Assembly: GCA_035084275.1 (NCBI GenBank)
Contig: CM068771.1
Location: forward strand, 4,836,001-4,900,000
Length of the DNA: 64,000 bases
From: Hydrolagus colliei
Lineage: Eukaryota
Direction of reading: 5' to 3'
Each line of letters starts with the position of its first letter. The stretch's first letter is position 1. The notes below the pieces were generated by a model that worked only from the letters and a program-made list of their open reading frames with translations, ran no database searches and was not told the origin of the DNA. The position numbers and the translations under genes were made by a program. Positions 59,183 to 64,000 of this stretch are shown one piece after another.

Positions 59183-60375
59183 CTGAGAGGAAATTATATT
59201 AGATTATTTAGGTGATAGAAAATAGAACATCATAGAATACTACAACACAGAAGAAGGCGATTCCACCCATCTTGTCTATGTTGGCTTTTTGAAACATCTA
59301 CCCAACTAGTCTCACTCCCCTGCTCTCATCATATAGCCTGCAAATCTTTCATTTTCAAGCGTACATCCAATTTGCTTTCATCGCGCTTTCAAGCCCTGCA
59401 TGCCACGTGGAACTATATGAAACAAAATTGTTTGTGTTGCAAATAACGCATTCACCTTTCTATTGTCATTTCTTGACCTATTTTGATTTCTCCTTGACTA
59501 TTTTTCATTTATTAGCTGGATTTCAATTATATAATTAAACACTGAATGTACAGTGCCTTAGGATGTCCTACTGACATGAAAGATGCTGTACAAATATAAT
59601 TATGTTGTTGTTTTAGATGCAATAACATCTCAACCAACCAACCAAACCCACGCACCCACCCACCCAACCAAACTTACATTCCTTTAGCGCCTTTCACCTC
59701 GAGAGGACCTCCCAAGGCACTGTACACTTAGGTAGGGACAAGAGCAGCAGTGGACAGGTTGGGGCGGGATACAGAACAGTAGAACAATTGCCCTCATATT
59801 TGTGGGCGAAACGCGGCAGCCAAACGCGGCAGTCACGAAAGTGGGATTAGGGGAAAAACGGAGAAAGATGGCAAGGGGAAGATTTCGAGTACGGGGAAGG
59901 AGAGCAGGAAAGCCGACTGTATATTTGTGGGCGAATAACGTCTTTCTGAGATGGTATGTGCAGAGTATACAATAAAGTACGATTTGTTAAATTAGAAGTC
60001 TTCAAAATCATTTAATAGTTTATCAAAATGTAGGAAGTCACTTATTTCTTGTTGTTTGGTCAAGCCATCCAATGACCAAATGCAATTTAAGTGACCAATG
60101 TAATTTAATTATCAACTCAAAATCAGCAAATAGGTTTGCATAACCCTTCGATGTCCTGACTTGGATGCGGGAGAAATGGAATTTCAAATACTACTCCTAT
60201 GTCATCTCTTTGAAAGAACTAACTGGTCCCCACTCTTAACCCACAACATACAATTTGTTTTCAAGGATATATCCAGTTCCCTTTTGAAAGTTATCTTTGA
60301 ATTTGCTTCCATCAACCTTTCAGACAGTGATTTCCAGATCACACCAAACCTCTGCATAAAAAACACTTCACTTAC

Positions 60376-60504
60376 ATTGGCTTAACAAAAATGAAGATGT
60401 TAGTCTGATTTGAGGACGCAGGAAAAGAAAGCCAGTATAGCTCATCATTCCGAAATTCAATCCACATACTAATCCTGAGAAAATTCTGTATGCGAGGCCA
60501 ATAT
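60376..60504 (-). CDS. Gene 3 TM3 exon (129 nt): (D)IGLAYRIFSGLVCGLNFGMMSYTGFLFLRPQIRLTSSFLLSQ
   Basis: tttctag|AT...CAAT|gtaagt. Confidence 0.85.
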
Positions 60505-61374
60505 CTAGAAATGACAAGATAAGGAATGTGGTCAAATAGAGAGAGTAAAACTGTGATCTGATTCATAGAATGTTACAGCACAATCAGCTTAAAGTGCCCC
60601 TGCAACCATGGGAGGGTGGGATTAATGGGGACAGGGACTGGGGATGGGATAAGAAAATGACAAACAGTTGATAATGTTCATTGACAAAAATACACGTCTT
60701 CGCGCAGATTCTGAATGTGACGATAAAGGGAGAGAAACAAGGGATGGAGGTTCTGAAAGCATGGACAGAATGTCTGAAACTTTACCCACTGAACGTGAAG
60801 CAGACAGGGTGAGGTGGAAAAGGCAAGGAACATGAAACAGACCACAGTCGGGTACTCAGGATCCCAACATCACAGAAGGGCCGGGCAATCTGTAACAAAC
60901 TAGGAACTTGGCACATCAATGATGCCAAGTTCTGTCCACTGTTTCTAGTGGACAGAAGTTAAAATGTCCTCCCAATCCCTCCCTTGTTTCTTCCCCGTTC
61001 CTCCACACCCCCATCCTAACTTGATATCCTAACTCCAATTGCATGTGAACAGCTGGAATCCAATCTCAATTAATCACAATGTCACTCCTCCCATTTTCAT
61101 TCGGGAGCCATTCGAAACACAGAAGGCGTGACTGTGTGCACTCAGCGGTGACCAGCACAGCATTTTGTCTGGATCACCTAGACAAGGATGTTGTTCAATT
61201 TATCCGGCCTGTTTAGAATAGGTGAGAATATACATGAATACGTGTTGGGGATTCAGTCCAATTTACCTGGCACCTGAAGTGATAATATTCATTGCATTTG
61301 CACATATCCTTTAGATGACTCAAAGCGATTCCCAGAATATATTGTTTGTCCCGATGTGTGTGCCCACCCAAACC

Positions 61375-61682
61375 AGAACCTGCTGCCTTTGCTCCATCGG
61401 GTCTGGCATCCTCCATGTCCCCCGAATCCTCCACTCCACCCTCAGCAGCCGTGCCTTCAGCCACTATGCCCCAAGGCTCTGGAACTCTCGTCCTCATTCC
61501 CTTCACCTCGCCCCCTCTCTTCCGAGTTTCAGGTCAAAGTTAAAGACCTTTCTATTCGTCCGCACCTTTGGTCACCTTTCTATCCCTGCCCCTGGCTCAG
61601 TCACGGGATCTTCTAGTGTGAAGCGCTCTGAGATGCTGTCCAGCGTGGAGGGCGCTATATAAATCAATGTTGTTGTTGTTGT
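61375..61682 (+). mobile_element. L2 LINE 3' fragment
   Basis: SRAFSHYAPRLWNS..FRSKLKTFLF; (TTG)n tail. Confidence 0.85.
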
Positions 61683-61849
61683 AGCACATTATCACTTCCT
61701 CCAGATGTCTCAAAGCGATTCCCAGAATACATTGTTTGGTCCGATGAGTGTGCACAGCCACCTCAAGTCATCAGCCTGAAATATTGACATTTCCTCTCCA
61801 CATGACCGGCAATCAGTGGATTGCTCCCAGCCACTTTATTTTGTTGCGT

Positions 61850-62147
61850 TTCGTAGTTAAGTGGCTGGAGCACTCGCCTCACAAGCAAGACACCTTCGTT
61901 CAATTCCAGACACAGCGAAATCTTCAGCAACTTTCATACTCCACACACGTGATAAGAATCCTCAAAACGAAATGATAATAAACTGATCATTTTAAACCCT
62001 GACTGTTTGTGGGACACTCCTGTGCATGTTTCACATGCAAATCTAGTCAATTCACTTTACAGCATATTCTGTGAAATGCCATGATACATCTGGAAGACGT
62101 GAAAAGTGCCATATCAAATGCAAGGATTATTATTATTATCATTATTA
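61850..62147 (+). mobile_element. SINE copy (followed by an inverted copy ~62150-62370)
   Basis: tRNA-like head at 61850 and (TAT)n tail at ~62125-62147. Confidence 0.7.
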
Positions 62148-62823
62148 TCAATGAATTGACTCGATGTTTTGTGAGCAAAACTGCAGCCAATTGTGCACAA
62201 CAATGTCCCACAAACAAGTCATGGGGTAAAGTGACTGATTTATTTACTATCAGCAACTGGTTTCCATCTTACTGCCTGGGGCCTGTGGGGTAAGGAAACT
62301 CACACTGCATTTTGCCAGGACTCTTGTTTGCAAGGCGAATGCTCAGTGGCCAGCTAAAGCAGCTACAACTTGATTAGCATCAGCCACTGAAGCACGGGGA
62401 AAGGTTCTCCTCTCCTGTTTTTCCCACAATGATCAATTCTGCTGCTCAAATGTTAAATTTGAATGTTTTTTGTGGTCAGTTTACAGGCAATCACCTTACC
62501 AGTGTTAGGGTCCCTTGAGGACCCAAGCGTGTGATAGTGAACACAATAACGTGAATTGACTGTATAATTTGTTGGCAGAACACAGCAGTTAATTGTGCAC
62601 AGTCGTGGATTGAGTTACCAATCATTGTTATTTTCAAAGGATTATAATGGAGAACAAGTAGAAAACAATTCATTCATTTGCTTCATAATAATTTCTGCAT
62701 GAATTGGTGTTGAACAATAAATTCTGTGAAGCAATTTGAGACGTTTGACCACATCAAAATTGAGAGTGTATTTTTTAGTTATGGAGGTAGGTAGAAATTT
62801 AAACCATCCAAGAGAGTGCTTAC

Positions 62824-62925
62824 CTTCAGCTAATATGGACAGCATGGATGCAATTAACAGACAGACCAAGGACAATACTTGAAGGAGGATAAAAACTGCA
62901 GTGAGATTCTCATGGTATTTGTAAG
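62824..62925 (-). CDS. Gene 3 TM2 exon (102 nt): (A)YKYHENLTAVFILLQVLSLVCLLIASMLSILAE
   Basis: ttcacag|CT...GAAG|gtaagc. Confidence 0.87.
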
Positions 62926-63101
62926 CTGTGAATATAAACAAAAATTTGACAAGATTAACAGCTTTGTATCTGTATCTGCAACAAGATATATTCCAAACAA
63001 CAAGTGTGTTAGTCACTTCATTTCAAATCAATAATTAAAATTTAAAATCAGATTTTAATAGTCTTTGAATTGATGAAAGAAAGCAAGAAAACGTTTACTA
63101 C

Positions 63102-63218
63102 CTTTGTATATTTTTAAGGCATGCAACATCATGAAGACAACTACGCATAAATTTATTACATTACTAATCAGTGCGAAGATAGATGCTGACAGGATGTGAC
63201 GATAAATAAACACAGCCC
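63102..63218 (-). CDS. Gene 3 TM1 exon (117 nt): (G)AVFIYRHILSASIFALISNVINLCVVVFMMLHALKIYK
   Basis: gtttcag|GG...AAAG|gtagta. Confidence 0.87.
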
Positions 63219-63496
63219 CTGAAACAGTAAGTTTACATGAATTTAGATCATTTAAAAAAAATTCTAAGAATTTATCTACGTTAAATTATTATTATGATGA
63301 CAGTTGCATAAACTGCATAAACTGTAAATTTTTTAGCATTCTTCACATGCATCCTTCAAGACATGTTTGAAAGCCCTCCTCCACCACCAAGCCTTTAGCA
63401 CATTTCTACGCTCCACCCTACGACCAACAGGGTTCAAATCCCTGATTATATAATTTTGCATTCCAATATAAAAATCATAAGATTGTAAAAACATAC

Positions 63497-63748
63497 CATT
63501 GACATTGAGGAAATGTGATCGGTTGCTCTGGCTGACCTCATTTTTCACAATACATGTGTACCAGCCACAGTCTTCTATATTGGCTTTTGCAATGACCAAT
63601 GTGCTTTGAAACAATCTACTGCTAACAACTTCATCTTCCTTTGTCCACCAGATTTCAGTGGCCTTTCCCCCTTGCTCTTGGCAACACAATTCAACCATTT
63701 CAGTTACGTAGAGGGGATTTTGAAATATCAGTGGCATTGACAAGCTTC
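63497..63748 (-). CDS. Gene 3 Ig C2-type exon (252 nt)
   Basis: tggacag|GA...AATG|gtatgt; ELCCQ..IWWT..EDCGWYTCIVKN. Confidence 0.9.
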
Positions 63749-63836
63749 CTGTCCATTTAGAAAATTAATTGAAAAAATAAAACATTATGTTAAGACTCTT
63801 TCGGTAGAGATTTTTTGGTGTCCTTGCAATATCATG

Positions 63837-64000
63837 TTAGAATCATAGAATCATAGAATTTTACGGCACAAAAGGAGGCCATTCGGCCCATCTAGTCTGT
63901 GCCAGCTCTTTGAAAAGAGCGATTCAATCCCACTGCCCTGCCCGCTCCCCATAGCCTAATAGACCCGTTCTCCCTAAATAAAGATCTAATTCCCTTTTAA
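63837..64000 (-). mobile_element. CR1 3' end (runs out of window)
   Basis: Tail and 3' UTR as at 5880-6040. Confidence 0.9.

Larger units (their letters stand above)
56793..63748 (-). other. Gene 3 (partial span): C2 plus five TM exons; V and signal exons presumably beyond 64000
   Basis: Same exon order, phases and sizes as genes 1 and 2. Confidence 0.85.

Noticed and set aside
805-63748. Assigning a gene symbol such as CD47, CD2, CD48, CEACAM or HEPACAM
   Set aside because: The domain combination matches none of them and orthology cannot be shown by eye.

Overview
Vertebrate genomic DNA, probably from a cartilaginous fish (inferred from the repeat content: young CR1 LINEs with (ATTCTATG)n tails, L2 LINEs and tRNA-headed Deu-type SINEs). 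The main result is a head-to-tail cluster of three paralogous minus-strand genes that the ORF track mostly misses because the exons are short. I rebuilt them by hand from splice sites. The shared architecture is signal peptide, Cys-less IgV, IgC2, then five phase-1 exons (117, 102, 126-135, 81 and 108 nt) that each encode one transmembrane helix. This gives a CD2/CEACAM-type ectodomain on a CD47-like 5-TM body. All three paralogs carry an extra Cys in the C2 domain and a Cys in the TM4-TM5 loop. Gene 1 spans about 0.8-32.9 kb (3' end not found), gene 2 about 33.9-54.9 kb, and gene 3 about 56.8-63.7 kb (5' part outside the window). Genes 1 and 2 share a nearly identical CpG promoter and signal exon with a GC donor, followed by a hexamer-built satellite (11 kb in gene 1, 0.5 kb in gene 2). 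Intron V-C2 of gene 1 holds a very young 4196-bp endogenous retrovirus on the opposite strand. It has identical 488-bp LTRs, a 5-bp TSD, a tRNA-Ser PBS and an intact gag, while pro-pol and most of env are deleted. The rest is CR1, L2, SINE and MITE sequence plus one 146-N gap. All gene models are manual and lack transcript support.
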